DNA of 64,000 nucleotides from an uncultured Actinomycetota bacterium (GTDB lineage Bacteria; Actinomycetota; Actinomycetes; Actinomycetales; CAVURS01): NCBI GenBank assembly GCA_963834425.1, contig CAWIBR010000008.1, positions 132,534 to 196,533 of the forward strand, read 5' to 3'. Shown piece by piece: positions 56,428 to 64,000 of this stretch (position 1 is its first letter; each line of letters starts with the position of its first letter). The notes under the pieces were generated by a model. It saw only the letters and a program-made list of their open reading frames with translations, ran no database searches and was not told where the DNA came from. The position numbers and the translations under genes were made by a program.

Positions 56428-58509
56428 ATGGATCGGCCACGTCCTGTGAGGGAGCTCGGCCCGGTGCCTACCCGACGCCTGTCAGCTCTGGCCGTGCCGA
56501 TCGGCGTGGTGTCGATCGTCCTGCTCCTCGTCGTACCCCTCCCGGCGTACATCCTGGACGTGCTGATCGCCTTCAACATCACCTTGGCCATCGTCGTCCT
56601 GCTGGTCGCGATCTCGGTCAAGAAGCCACTGGACTTCTCCGTCTTCCCCTCGCTCCTGCTGGTCGCCACCCTGCTGCGGCTCGGGCTCAACGTCGCCGCG
56701 ACCCGCCTCGTCCTGCGAGACGGCTACGCAGGCAAGGTGATCGAGTCGTTCGGCCACTTCGTGGTCGGTGGGTCGATCGTCATCGGCCTGGTCATCTTCC
56801 TGATCCTGATCGTCATCCAGTTCGCCGTCATCACCAACGGTGCCGGGCGCGTGGCCGAGGTCGGTGCCCGCTTCACCCTCGACGCGATGCCCGGCAAGCA
56901 GATGGCGATCGACGCCGACCTGAACTCCGGTCTGATCGACGAGCACGAGGCGCGCCGCCGCCGCGCGGAGGTCGGCGCCGAAGCCGACTTCTACGGTGCG
57001 ATGGACGGTGGCAGCAAGTTCGTCAAGGGCGATGCGATCGCCGCCATCGTGATCACGATGATCAACCTGGTCGGTGGCTTCGCGATCGGAATGTTGCAGC
57101 GCGGCATGAGTCCGCAGGAGGCCCTGCACTCCTACAGCCTGCTGACGATCGGCGACGGCCTGGTCTCCCAGATCCCGGCCCTGCTGCTCTCGGTGTCGAC
57201 CGGCCTGATCGTCACGCGGGCGACGACCCAGGAGGACATGGGCACCGACGCCGCGAACCAGATCTCGGCCCAACCGCGCGCCCTCTACGTCGCGGGCGGG
57301 GCGGCGATCGCCATCGCGCTGATCCCCGGCCTGCCCAAGATCCCGTTCCTGCTCGTTGGCGTCGGCGCGGTCGTCATCGCGCAGCGGCTCTCCGCGACGG
57401 CCAAGGCCAAAGCCGCGAGCCCGGAGATCGACAACGTGCCGGCCCCTTCGATGGACACCCCCGAGGCGGTGCTGTCGTCGCTGTCCGTCGACGTGCTCGA
57501 GATCGTCCTCGCCGCTGACCTGGTCGACCTCGTGGACGCCCAGCGCGGGGGAGATCTGCTGGACCGGGTGCGCGGGCTGCGCCGCAAGATCGCCGACGAG
57601 CTGGGCCTGGTCATGCCGCCGGTGCGCACCCGCGACAGCCTGGACCTTGGCCCCGCGTCGTACTCGGTGCGGATCTCCGGCGTCGAGGTGGCCGAGGGTC
57701 GCCTGCCCGCCGGCCACATCCTGGCCATCGGTGATGACCTGGCCGCGTTGCCCGGGCAGGACACCCGCGAGCCGGTCTTCGGGCTGGCGGCCAAGTGGGT
57801 GCCGACCGAGCTGCGCCAACAGGCCGAGCTCTACGGCGCGACCGTCGTGGACCGCTCCTCGGTGCTGATCACCCATCTCGGCGAGGTCGTCCGTCAACAC
57901 GCGAGCCGCCTGCTCGGCCGCGAGGATGTCCGGGCGTTGCTGGACCACCTCAAGCGCACCCATCCGGTCGTCGTCGAGGAGCTCACGCCGGCCCTGCTCA
58001 CGACCGGCGAGGTGCAGCGGGTCCTCCAGGCCTTGCTGGACGAGCAGGTGCCGATCCGCGACCTGGTCCGCATCTTCGAGGCACTCTCGTTGCGGGCCAA
58101 GGCTTCCGCGGACCTCGACGGGCTCGTCGAAGCGGCCCGCCTGGCCCTGGGCCCGGCGCTGGCCGCAGTCCACAGTCGTGGCGGTCTGCTGCAGGTGCTC
58201 ACCCTGGATCCGATCGCCGAGCAACAGCTCGTCGAGTCGGTGCGTCCGGGCGAGATGGGCGCCGGCCTCGCCCTGCCGCCCGGCATGGTCGAGCGGCTGG
58301 TCGACTCGGCCACGGCCCGGCTGCGCGCGGCCGAGGACATGGGCAACTCGCCCGTCCTGGTCTGCGCCGCTCCACTGCGCGCCCCGCTGAGCCGTCTCCT
58401 GCGGACCAGCTCCTCCCGCCTGCCTGTCCTGTCGTACGCCGAGATCGACCCCACCCTGCGGATCGAAACGTTGGGAGTGATCGCCCATGCCGACGCACTT
58501 GTTGCTTGA
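56428..58509 (+). CDS. flhA: Flagellar export apparatus protein FlhA (the longest ORF starts at 56356)
   Basis: FPSLLLVATLLRLGLNVAATRLVL..G.AG.VIESFG.FVVGG..VIGLVIFLILIVIQFAVITNGAGRVAEVGARFTLDAMPGKQMAIDADLN.G.I...A..RR.....EADFYGAMDGGSKFVKGDAIA. Confidence 0.9.
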   Translation: MDRPRPVRELGPVPTRRLSALAVPIGVVSIVLLLVVPLPAYILDVLIAFNITLAIVVLLVAISVKKPLDFSVFPSLLLVATLLRLGLNVAATRLVLRDGYAGKVIESFGHFVVGGSIVIGLVIFLILIVIQFAVITNGAGRVAEVGARFTLDAMPGKQMAIDADLNSGLIDEHEARRRRAEVGAEADFYGAMDGGSKFVKGDAIAAIVITMINLVGGFAIGMLQRGMSPQEALHSYSLLTIGDGLVSQIPALLLSVSTGLIVTRATTQEDMGTDAANQISAQPRALYVAGGAAIAIALIPGLPKIPFLLVGVGAVVIAQRLSATAKAKAASPEIDNVPAPSMDTPEAVLSSLSVDVLEIVLAADLVDLVDAQRGGDLLDRVRGLRRKIADELGLVMPPVRTRDSLDLGPASYSVRISGVEVAEGRLPAGHILAIGDDLAALPGQDTREPVFGLAAKWVPTELRQQAELYGATVVDRSSVLITHLGEVVRQHASRLLGREDVRALLDHLKRTHPVVVEELTPALLTTGEVQRVLQALLDEQVPIRDLVRIFEALSLRAKASADLDGLVEAARLALGPALAAVHSRGGLLQVLTLDPIAEQQLVESVRPGEMGAGLALPPGMVERLVDSATARLRAAEDMGNSPVLVCAAPLRAPLSRLLRTSSSRLPVLSYAEIDPTLRIETLGVIAHADALVA

Positions 58510-60004
58510 GGGTGAGGACATCGAGTCCGTCCTGGCCCGCCTGCGCGAGGACCACGGTCCGGACGCGAAGATCGTGCAGGCCGAGCTGGTCCGATCCGGC
58601 GGCTTCGCCGGCTTCTTCGCCCGGCGGCGCTACGAGGTGACCGTCGAGGTCGAGGACGACGAGCTGGACGCGGCGGTGTTGGCCCAGGCCGATCTGGCGG
58701 CGGCAGGGCTGGCGACGCCAGAAGTGGCCGCGGCGACTGCTGCACCGCTTGCCAGGCCGGCCCCAGTCGCAGCTGAGCCCGAGAGTCATTCCCTGACAAC
58801 GGATTTCAGGCCGGTCCGGCCCTACGTGCCGTCGTCACCGCCCGCCTCGACCTACGCCGTGCGCGACGACGAGCTCTCCGGCATGCACGCGCTGCTGAGC
58901 GCGGCCGAGGGTCAGGACCAGGCCGACTTCGGTGGCCGCGCGCTGGCGACCGATGCTCCCTCGACCCCGGCGGTCGCAGGCGACCCGGTCATCCCGGCCC
59001 AGGGGTGGCACCGGCCGGTCTCCACCCAGGGGGAGGCGTTCTCGGACGTCCTCGGCTCGCTCACCCACTCGCTCGCCGAGGCACCTCCGGTGCAGCGCCC
59101 GGCCGCCTTCCGCAGCTTCGGACCGCAGGACATCTGGGCGGCGGCCGCAGCCGGCGACGCACCAACCGGTGTCGCACCAGCCGACCCGACCGACGCTGCA
59201 GCTCGCGGCGGGGCTGACGGTGCGCCAGCCGATCTCTCTGACGACGCCACCGCCGCGATCGCGCTGACGCGCAACCGGCTCGCGGAGCTCGGCGTCCCCG
59301 AGCGATTGCTCGCCGAGGTCACCGACGCCGAGCCGGTGCTGGCCCTGCGCGACGTCACTGCCGCGCTGCCCGCGCCCCAGCTGCCCACCTGGCGGCCGTC
59401 GGCCACCCGCGGCGGCGCGCTGGTCGTCGTCGTCGGCCCCTGGCAACTCGCTCGGCCCGCGGTGCACGGACTGGTGCACGAGCTCGGTGCCGACCCCACG
59501 GCCATCCTCGCGGTCGCGACCACGACTGGTGGCGACCTGGCCGAGGGCTGCTCGGTGCGCAGCCACGCCGCAGCCGTCGGTCTGGTCCAGCGGGCCCGGC
59601 AGGACCACGACATCTCGATCCTGGTGATCGACCCCGGCCCGACCCGCCACTCAGCCGCGCGTACGGCCGAGACCATCGCCACCCTGGAACCGCAGTCGGT
59701 GCTGGTCGTCGCCGATGCGACGTCCGATCTCCGGGTCAGCCTGCTCGCCCTGGACGCGCTCGACCAGGCCGGGATCGCGGTCGAGTCGATGGCGTTGACC
59801 AAGGTCGACCGCGCCGCCAAACCGGCTGCGGCGCTGGAGATCCCGGTGCCGGTCAGCTGGCTCGACGGACGCTTCGCGACGAGCGGCACCTGGCTCGGCA
59901 CCCTCGTCGACGCCCTCGCCGAGAGCGCCGCCGCCGAGCGGGGCCGGGTGGGCGCCCACGCCCGGACCGAACGCGATGACGACTCGAGGATCCGGCCATG
60001 CTGA
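58487..60004 (+). CDS. FlhF-like protein with degenerate GTPase motifs
   Basis: The N-terminus MPTHLLLEGEDIESVLARLREDHGPDAKIVQAELVRSGGF is FlhF B-domain-like. The C-terminal domain is colinear with an SRP-type NG domain, but VVGPWQLARPAV replaces GPTGVGKT and LVIDPGPTRH replaces DTAG. LTKVDRAAKP retains TKxD. Confidence 0.6.
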   Translation: MPTHLLLEGEDIESVLARLREDHGPDAKIVQAELVRSGGFAGFFARRRYEVTVEVEDDELDAAVLAQADLAAAGLATPEVAAATAAPLARPAPVAAEPESHSLTTDFRPVRPYVPSSPPASTYAVRDDELSGMHALLSAAEGQDQADFGGRALATDAPSTPAVAGDPVIPAQGWHRPVSTQGEAFSDVLGSLTHSLAEAPPVQRPAAFRSFGPQDIWAAAAAGDAPTGVAPADPTDAAARGGADGAPADLSDDATAAIALTRNRLAELGVPERLLAEVTDAEPVLALRDVTAALPAPQLPTWRPSATRGGALVVVVGPWQLARPAVHGLVHELGADPTAILAVATTTGGDLAEGCSVRSHAAAVGLVQRARQDHDISILVIDPGPTRHSAARTAETIATLEPQSVLVVADATSDLRVSLLALDALDQAGIAVESMALTKVDRAAKPAAALEIPVPVSWLDGRFATSGTWLGTLVDALAESAAAERGRVGAHARTERDDDSRIRPC

Positions 60005-60243
60005 CCCCTGCTGGCCTGGTCATCGCGTTGGTCATCTCCGCACCCGCCCTCTGGGACGCCAGCAACGGCTCACTCGGCATGGGCGCAGCTCTGGTCCGGC
60101 TGCTGGCCGCCTTCGTCCTGGTGGCTATCGGCACCGCGGTCCTGCGCAAGATCATGGCTCCGAGCCCGCCGGCCGTCCGTTCGGTCGACGACGGGTCGGT
60201 CAACGCGGACGCCCAGCACGGCCGTCGCCGCGACGACGTCTGA
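59998..60243 (+). CDS. Small two-TM membrane protein, unknown function
   Basis: LVIALVISAPALW and LVRLLAAFVLVAIGTAVL. The ATG overlaps the end of the flhF-like gene. Confidence 0.4.
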   Translation: MLTPAGLVIALVISAPALWDASNGSLGMGAALVRLLAAFVLVAIGTAVLRKIMAPSPPAVRSVDDGSVNADAQHGRRRDDV

Positions 60244-60299
60244 GCTCTGCGGGGAGTCGCGGCACCCGGCGTACCGCTGCGTGCACCTATGCTGACCGG

Positions 60300-60548
60300 G
60301 TGCTGGTCCTGACCCGGAACGTCGGCGAGAGCGTCGTCATCGGCGACGAGGTCATCGTCAAGGTGATCGAGGTCAGGGGCGACGTGGTCCGGCTGGGCGT
60401 CGAGGCGCCCACCTCGGTGCGCATCTACCGCGAGGAGCTCTACCGCGAGCTCGTCGAGGCCAACCAGGCCGCGGCCGCCGGATCGCAGGAGGAGCTCAGC
60501 GCCCTGCTCGCCCGGGCGGCCAAGCAGAATCGCCCGCCCGCCCCGTAG
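60300..60548 (+). CDS. csrA: Carbon storage regulator / flagellin translational repressor CsrA
   Basis: VLVLTRNVGESVVIGDEVIVKVIEVRGDVVRLGVEAPTSVRIYREELYRELVEAN. Confidence 0.9.
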   Translation: MLVLTRNVGESVVIGDEVIVKVIEVRGDVVRLGVEAPTSVRIYREELYRELVEANQAAAAGSQEELSALLARAAKQNRPPAP

Positions 60549-60572
60549 TCAAGCCGCGGGCCGGGAACGACG

Positions 60573-61766
60573 TCAGGCGGCGGAAGCCTTGCGGGGCAAC
60601 GAGTTCAGCCAGCCCAAGGCCTCGAGGTACGCCGACCACGAGTCGTCCTGACCGAACGGCGCGCCGTTCAGATAGCGCTGGGTACGCCGCAGAGCCAGGC
60701 CGAGCTGGCCCTCACCCTGCAACACGGCGGCGCGGATCGCGGGAGCGGCCCGGACGGTGTCCAAGACCTCCTCCTTGCTCACGTCGAGGATCGCGGCGAC
60801 GCCGTCGAGCAGCCCGACGAGGAACGCCGGAGCCGGCTCGCCGCCGTCGGCGGTCACCAGCAGCTCACACATCCGGGCCGCGATCAGCACGTTGTCGATG
60901 GCGGCCGAGCTCTGGCCGCTGTCGGACAGCAGCATCAAGGAGACCCAGCCGGCCAGGGCCCGCGGCCCGACCAGCACGATGGCCTGGCGCAGCGAGCTGA
61001 CCTCCCGGGTCACCCCGGACGCCGAGCTGTTGGCCAGCCGCAGCACCCGGTAGCTCAGCCCGACATCGGCCCGCAGCAGGTGCTCGATCTCGGCCGGGTC
61101 GGGGGAGTCGGCCTGCAGCAGGGTGGCGAGCTGCAACGAGACGGCCTGGCTGGCCGTGACCCCGCCCTCCTGCGGTTGGGGGCGGTCGAAGTGATAGCCC
61201 TCGAACAGGTCGAAACCGGCCTCGAGGCACCGCTGGAAGGTCTCCTCGTCCTCGACCCGCTCGGCCAGGGCGATGGCCTTGCGCTGGTGCACCAGCTCGA
61301 CGATCGCCGTCAGCTCATCGAGCGCGATGTCGAGCCGGTCGACCTTGACGACGTCGGCCAGGTGGAGCAGCTGCTCGACGTCGTCCTGACCCATGAAGTC
61401 GTCGATGGCGATCCGGAAGCCGAGCGATTTCAGCTCCAGGACGGCCGCGTGCACCTCCGGGCTGTCGACGACGCCGCCGACGAGCTCGACCACGGTGCTT
61501 TCGGGCGGAGCGACGTGGACCAGCCGGGAGAGCAGGAAGTCCTGGTCGACGTTGAGATAGAGCGGATGGCCACCGCGCAGGTGGTCCCAGCCGATGTCGA
61601 GCATGGCCGTCACGAGCGAGGTCGCGCTCGCCTCCGTGCCGTCGAAGCCGCGTTCGGGGTCGACCGTGCCACGGAAGAGGAGTTCATAGGCCTGCACCGT
61701 GCGGTGCCGGTCGACGATGCTCTGCCGGGCGATTCGCACGACAGGGGTGTGCTGACCCGAGGTCAC
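60573..61766 (-). CDS. EAL plus HDOD domain protein (c-di-GMP phosphodiesterase, PdeH/YuxH-like architecture)
   Basis: IARQSIVDRHRTVQAYELLFR...LYLNVD...VVELVG...GFRIAIDDFMG......ADVVKVD...ALAERVEDEETFQRCLEAGFDLFEGYHF..P. Then the HDOD-like part LLRADVGLSYRVLRLANSSASG.....SSLRQAIVLVG. Confidence 0.8.
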   Translation of the reverse strand: MTSGQHTPVVRIARQSIVDRHRTVQAYELLFRGTVDPERGFDGTEASATSLVTAMLDIGWDHLRGGHPLYLNVDQDFLLSRLVHVAPPESTVVELVGGVVDSPEVHAAVLELKSLGFRIAIDDFMGQDDVEQLLHLADVVKVDRLDIALDELTAIVELVHQRKAIALAERVEDEETFQRCLEAGFDLFEGYHFDRPQPQEGGVTASQAVSLQLATLLQADSPDPAEIEHLLRADVGLSYRVLRLANSSASGVTREVSSLRQAIVLVGPRALAGWVSLMLLSDSGQSSAAIDNVLIAARMCELLVTADGGEPAPAFLVGLLDGVAAILDVSKEEVLDTVRAAPAIRAAVLQGEGQLGLALRRTQRYLNGAPFGQDDSWSAYLEALGWLNSLPRKASAA

Positions 61767-61883
61767 GTCATGTCTCCGCTCTCTGCAGGCCGCCCTCGCA
61801 GGGATGCCGACGGCTGCTCTGTCTTGTCCTATCGGCTGTTTCGGCCGCGCACCTGAATGCTTGGCCGAACCCTTCCGAGGAAG

Positions 61884-63752
61884 TCAGCGGGTCCAATACA
61901 GGAGAGAGATGTTGGCGGCCGTCAGGGCCGTGCCCGAGTAGATCGTCGCCTCGTCCAGCGATCCCAGGAACGGCGCATTGACGGTCACGGCGCTGTTGGT
62001 GCCCGGATTGTTAGCACCTGTCCAGTCCGACCCCCAGCCGGACAGGTTGCCGCAGCCCACCCGCCACCAGCCGGTGCTCGCCTCGGCCGCGGTGTTGCTG
62101 TTGGTGCCCCGCAGCACGCCGTCGACGTAGAGCGCCATGCCGGTGGAGCTGATCGTCGCGGCGGCCATGTGCCAGTTGCCGTCGTTGTACGACGCCGGCG
62201 AGCTGATCGTGTCGTTGCCGCCGTTGTAGACGCCGAACCAGATCTTGCCCGCCCCGTCCATGTAGACGTGCCGGTCATAGTTGCCGCCCGACCCGGCCAC
62301 GCCCACGCCGGTGCGCGGTGTCTCGAAGCCGATCAGCTTGCCGCCGCCGGTGTACCCCGCCGCCGTCTTGAACCAGATGATCTCGGTGAACACCGTCGGC
62401 CCGGTGATGGCCGTCGTCGACGTCGTGTTGATGCACGCGGTGCTGGTCGTGGCGGTGACCGCCGCGTTGGGCGAGGTGTCCGGCGTACCGCCGGTGACGC
62501 CGCGCGTGTAGGTGCCGGCGTAGGTGCCGGTCCGGCCGTTGCCGGAGGCGTCGGCCGCCGAGGTGCCCGTGTCGCCCAGCTGCCAGTAGAGGTACGGCGT
62601 CGCGAACGACTTGACCGTCGTCGGGTAGCTGTACGTCGGCACGGTCCAGCTCGAGCCGGTCGTCCGGGTCGTCGCGCTGAACGCGGCCGACGCACTGGGT
62701 ACGACGAGCAGGCTGATGCCCGCGGCGCTCGCGAGCGTGCGCACGGCGATGGTCCGACGGCGACGGGCCCGGCGTTCCAGGACGGCCGCCTGCCGGCGCT
62801 GGGCCCGGGTCGACGTCGTGCCGGCCGCCAGGTCGGCCGGCGTACGCGCGGCTGCGCGCTCGCCGTCACCGTCGAGGTCGGCGGAGTCGCTCGCGGAGTC
62901 GGCGGAGTTGTCGTCTTGGTCGTCTTCGTCCTCCTCGGAGTCGCGAGCGACCGCCCAGGCAGCACCGCCCAAGACGAGGATGAAGAGCCCCAGGAAGAGG
63001 TACTGGCCGGTGCGCAGCCAGATCATCGGCAGGCCGGCCCAACGGACCAGCAGGCGCCCGATGCCGTGCACGTGGGCGACGGAGACCGGCTGCGGGTCGG
63101 CCGTGGGGTTGGCGTCGCCCTTGCTGGTCAGCGTGCCGTCCGGGTTGATCCGGATGATCCGGTGGCTCTTGACCGTGCCCGGCGCGCCCGGGTCGTCGAA
63201 GACGGTGACGTGGCCGAGGAGGGACTTGGGATTGTGGTCCGGGGAGGCCAGGATCACGTCGCCCACGCCGATCCGGGGCTCCATCGAGCCGGACTTCACG
63301 ACGTAGGGGCGCCAGCCGAACAGGATGGGGACCAAGGTGATCACCAGGCAGCCGGTGACGAACGCCAGGATCATCCGGCCGACGACGCCGCCCGTCAGCG
63401 TCAGTCGGCCGTAACGCTCCTCGGCGTCGGCCGCGGCCGGGTCGAGCGCGGCCTGCGGATCGGTTGTGGTGTCGGGCGCGGTGTCGAGTCCCAGCGCCGA
63501 CTCGAGCTCCGGCTCGAGGGTGGGCTCGAGCTCCGGCTCGAGCGTGGGCTCGAGGACCGGGTCGAGCACCGCGCCGGAGGCACCCGCTGCGCTGGCGGCA
63601 AGCGAGGCGCGCGCCGCGCGAGCGGCGATGACAGCCGCGTCCGCGCGGGCTGCCCGCTCGGCTCGTTCCTCCGGGTCCGGCGCGGCACCGCGCTCGGTGT
63701 CGCGGGCCGGCTCGGCCGAGGACGGGTCGAGCCATTCAGCAGGAAGGCTCAT
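61884..63752 (-). CDS. SipW-type (ER/archaeal-type S26) signal peptidase fused in one ORF to an internal SipW-cognate-like signal peptide and a LamG/concanavalin-like domain
   Basis: Peptidase: PYVVKSGSMEPRIGVGDVILA....VTVFDDPG....KSHRIIRI..DGTLTSKGDAN. TM plus acidic linker. Then RRARRRRTIAVRTLASAAGISLLVVPSASAAFSATT. LamG-like: TEIIWFKT......KLIGFE......YDRHVYMDGAGKIWFGVY.....ISSPASYNDGNWHMAAATISSTGMALYVDGVL......FLGSLDEATIY. Confidence 0.7.
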   Translation of the reverse strand: MSLPAEWLDPSSAEPARDTERGAAPDPEERAERAARADAAVIAARAARASLAASAAGASGAVLDPVLEPTLEPELEPTLEPELESALGLDTAPDTTTDPQAALDPAAADAEERYGRLTLTGGVVGRMILAFVTGCLVITLVPILFGWRPYVVKSGSMEPRIGVGDVILASPDHNPKSLLGHVTVFDDPGAPGTVKSHRIIRINPDGTLTSKGDANPTADPQPVSVAHVHGIGRLLVRWAGLPMIWLRTGQYLFLGLFILVLGGAAWAVARDSEEDEDDQDDNSADSASDSADLDGDGERAAARTPADLAAGTTSTRAQRRQAAVLERRARRRRTIAVRTLASAAGISLLVVPSASAAFSATTRTTGSSWTVPTYSYPTTVKSFATPYLYWQLGDTGTSAADASGNGRTGTYAGTYTRGVTGGTPDTSPNAAVTATTSTACINTTSTTAITGPTVFTEIIWFKTAAGYTGGGKLIGFETPRTGVGVAGSGGNYDRHVYMDGAGKIWFGVYNGGNDTISSPASYNDGNWHMAAATISSTGMALYVDGVLRGTNSNTAAEASTGWWRVGCGNLSGWGSDWTGANNPGTNSAVTVNAPFLGSLDEATIYSGTALTAANISLLYWTR

Positions 63753-63795
63753 GACTGGTCTCTCTGTCGGCTGGGGTGGAGCTCAGGGCCGACCA

Positions 63796-63830
63796 CAGCG
63801 CGGTCCGGCAATGCAGGCCGGACCGCGCTG
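63796..63830 (-). terminator. Perfect 14-bp-stem hairpin between the TasA-like gene and the signal-peptidase fusion gene
   Basis: CAGCGCGGTCCGGC aatgcag GCCGGACCGCGCTG. Confidence 0.55.
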
Positions 63831-63848
63831 CGGTTCAGACAGAGGTGC

Positions 63849-64000
63849 TTACTGCGCTTCCCAGATCAGGTCCGCAACCGCGGACGAGCTCTGCAGCGTG
63901 TTGTCGGTGATGGTGCTCGGCAGCGACCAGGAGATCCGGTAGGCGACCCGCTCGGTCGCCGTGCCGGTCAGCGCGTTGGTGACGCTGGCCCCCGTGAAGG
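63849..64000 (-). CDS. 3' end of a TasA/camelysin-like (SipW-substrate family) protein gene; continues past the right edge
   Basis: The minus-strand translation ends ..FTGASVTNALTGTATERVAYRISWSLPSTITDNTLQSSSAVADLIWEAQ*. The W.LP...N..Q..S......W.A.Q ending resembles the family, and a sipW-type gene sits next to it. Confidence 0.45.
   Translation of the reverse strand, partial: FTGASVTNALTGTATERVAYRISWSLPSTITDNTLQSSSAVADLIWEAQ

Noticed and set aside
1-64000. Scanned for tRNA, rRNA, transposase/integrase genes and phage-defence gene sets
   Set aside because: I saw no cloverleaf-like or rRNA-like segments, and no DDE/tyrosine-recombinase or recognisable defence-system motifs in any frame. The only mobile-type gene is the decayed DUF222/HNH.

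Overview
High-G+C (about 70% by eye, not computed) actinobacterial chromosomal segment. There are five blocks.

(1) 1-13.1 kb: a DosR/DevR-type dormancy island. It holds an orphan dosR, six universal stress protein (USP) genes, two CBS-pair genes, two PPOX-like genes, PPK2, a Zn-ADH, a phosphoketolase and a GNAT-fused ADP-forming acyl-CoA synthetase. Every promoter region except dosR's own carries a GGGnCGAAAGTCCC-like palindrome.

(2) 13.2-23.5 kb: membrane and FMN-binding genes, then a complete kdpF-A-B-C plus kdpD-E potassium uptake locus.

(3) 23.5-29.4 kb: nitronate monooxygenase, an NTF2-like gene, a decayed DUF222/HNH gene, a YbdK-type carboxylate-amine ligase and a membrane GGDEF cyclase.

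(4) 29.4-60.5 kb: a near-complete Gram-positive-type flagellar regulon. fliW-flgL-flgK-flgN is divergent from fliA. It is followed by fliC-fliD-fliS, then flgB through flhA, an flhF-like gene and csrA.

(5) 60.6-64 kb: an EAL-HDOD phosphodiesterase, a SipW-type signal peptidase fused to a LamG-like domain, and the 3' end of a TasA-like gene.

No rRNA, tRNA, CRISPR array or transposase was seen.

Roughly 35-40 reading-frame breaks interrupt otherwise well-conserved genes, most densely in the first 27 kb. Several sit at short homopolymers, so assembly indels are as likely as real pseudogenes. Such genes are typed pseudogene here and given their reconstructed full extent.

The most interesting unexplained signals are:
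- an identical 14-nt GGA-loop hairpin in the fliC and flbD-motAB leaders (candidate CsrA sites);
- a roughly 46-nt inverted-repeat element present twice inside the flagellar cluster;
- a phased array of TGGCCA palindromes in the flgN/fliA divergent region;
- an FlhF homologue with degenerate GTPase motifs;
- a signal peptidase fused to a protein that carries its own cognate-type signal peptide.
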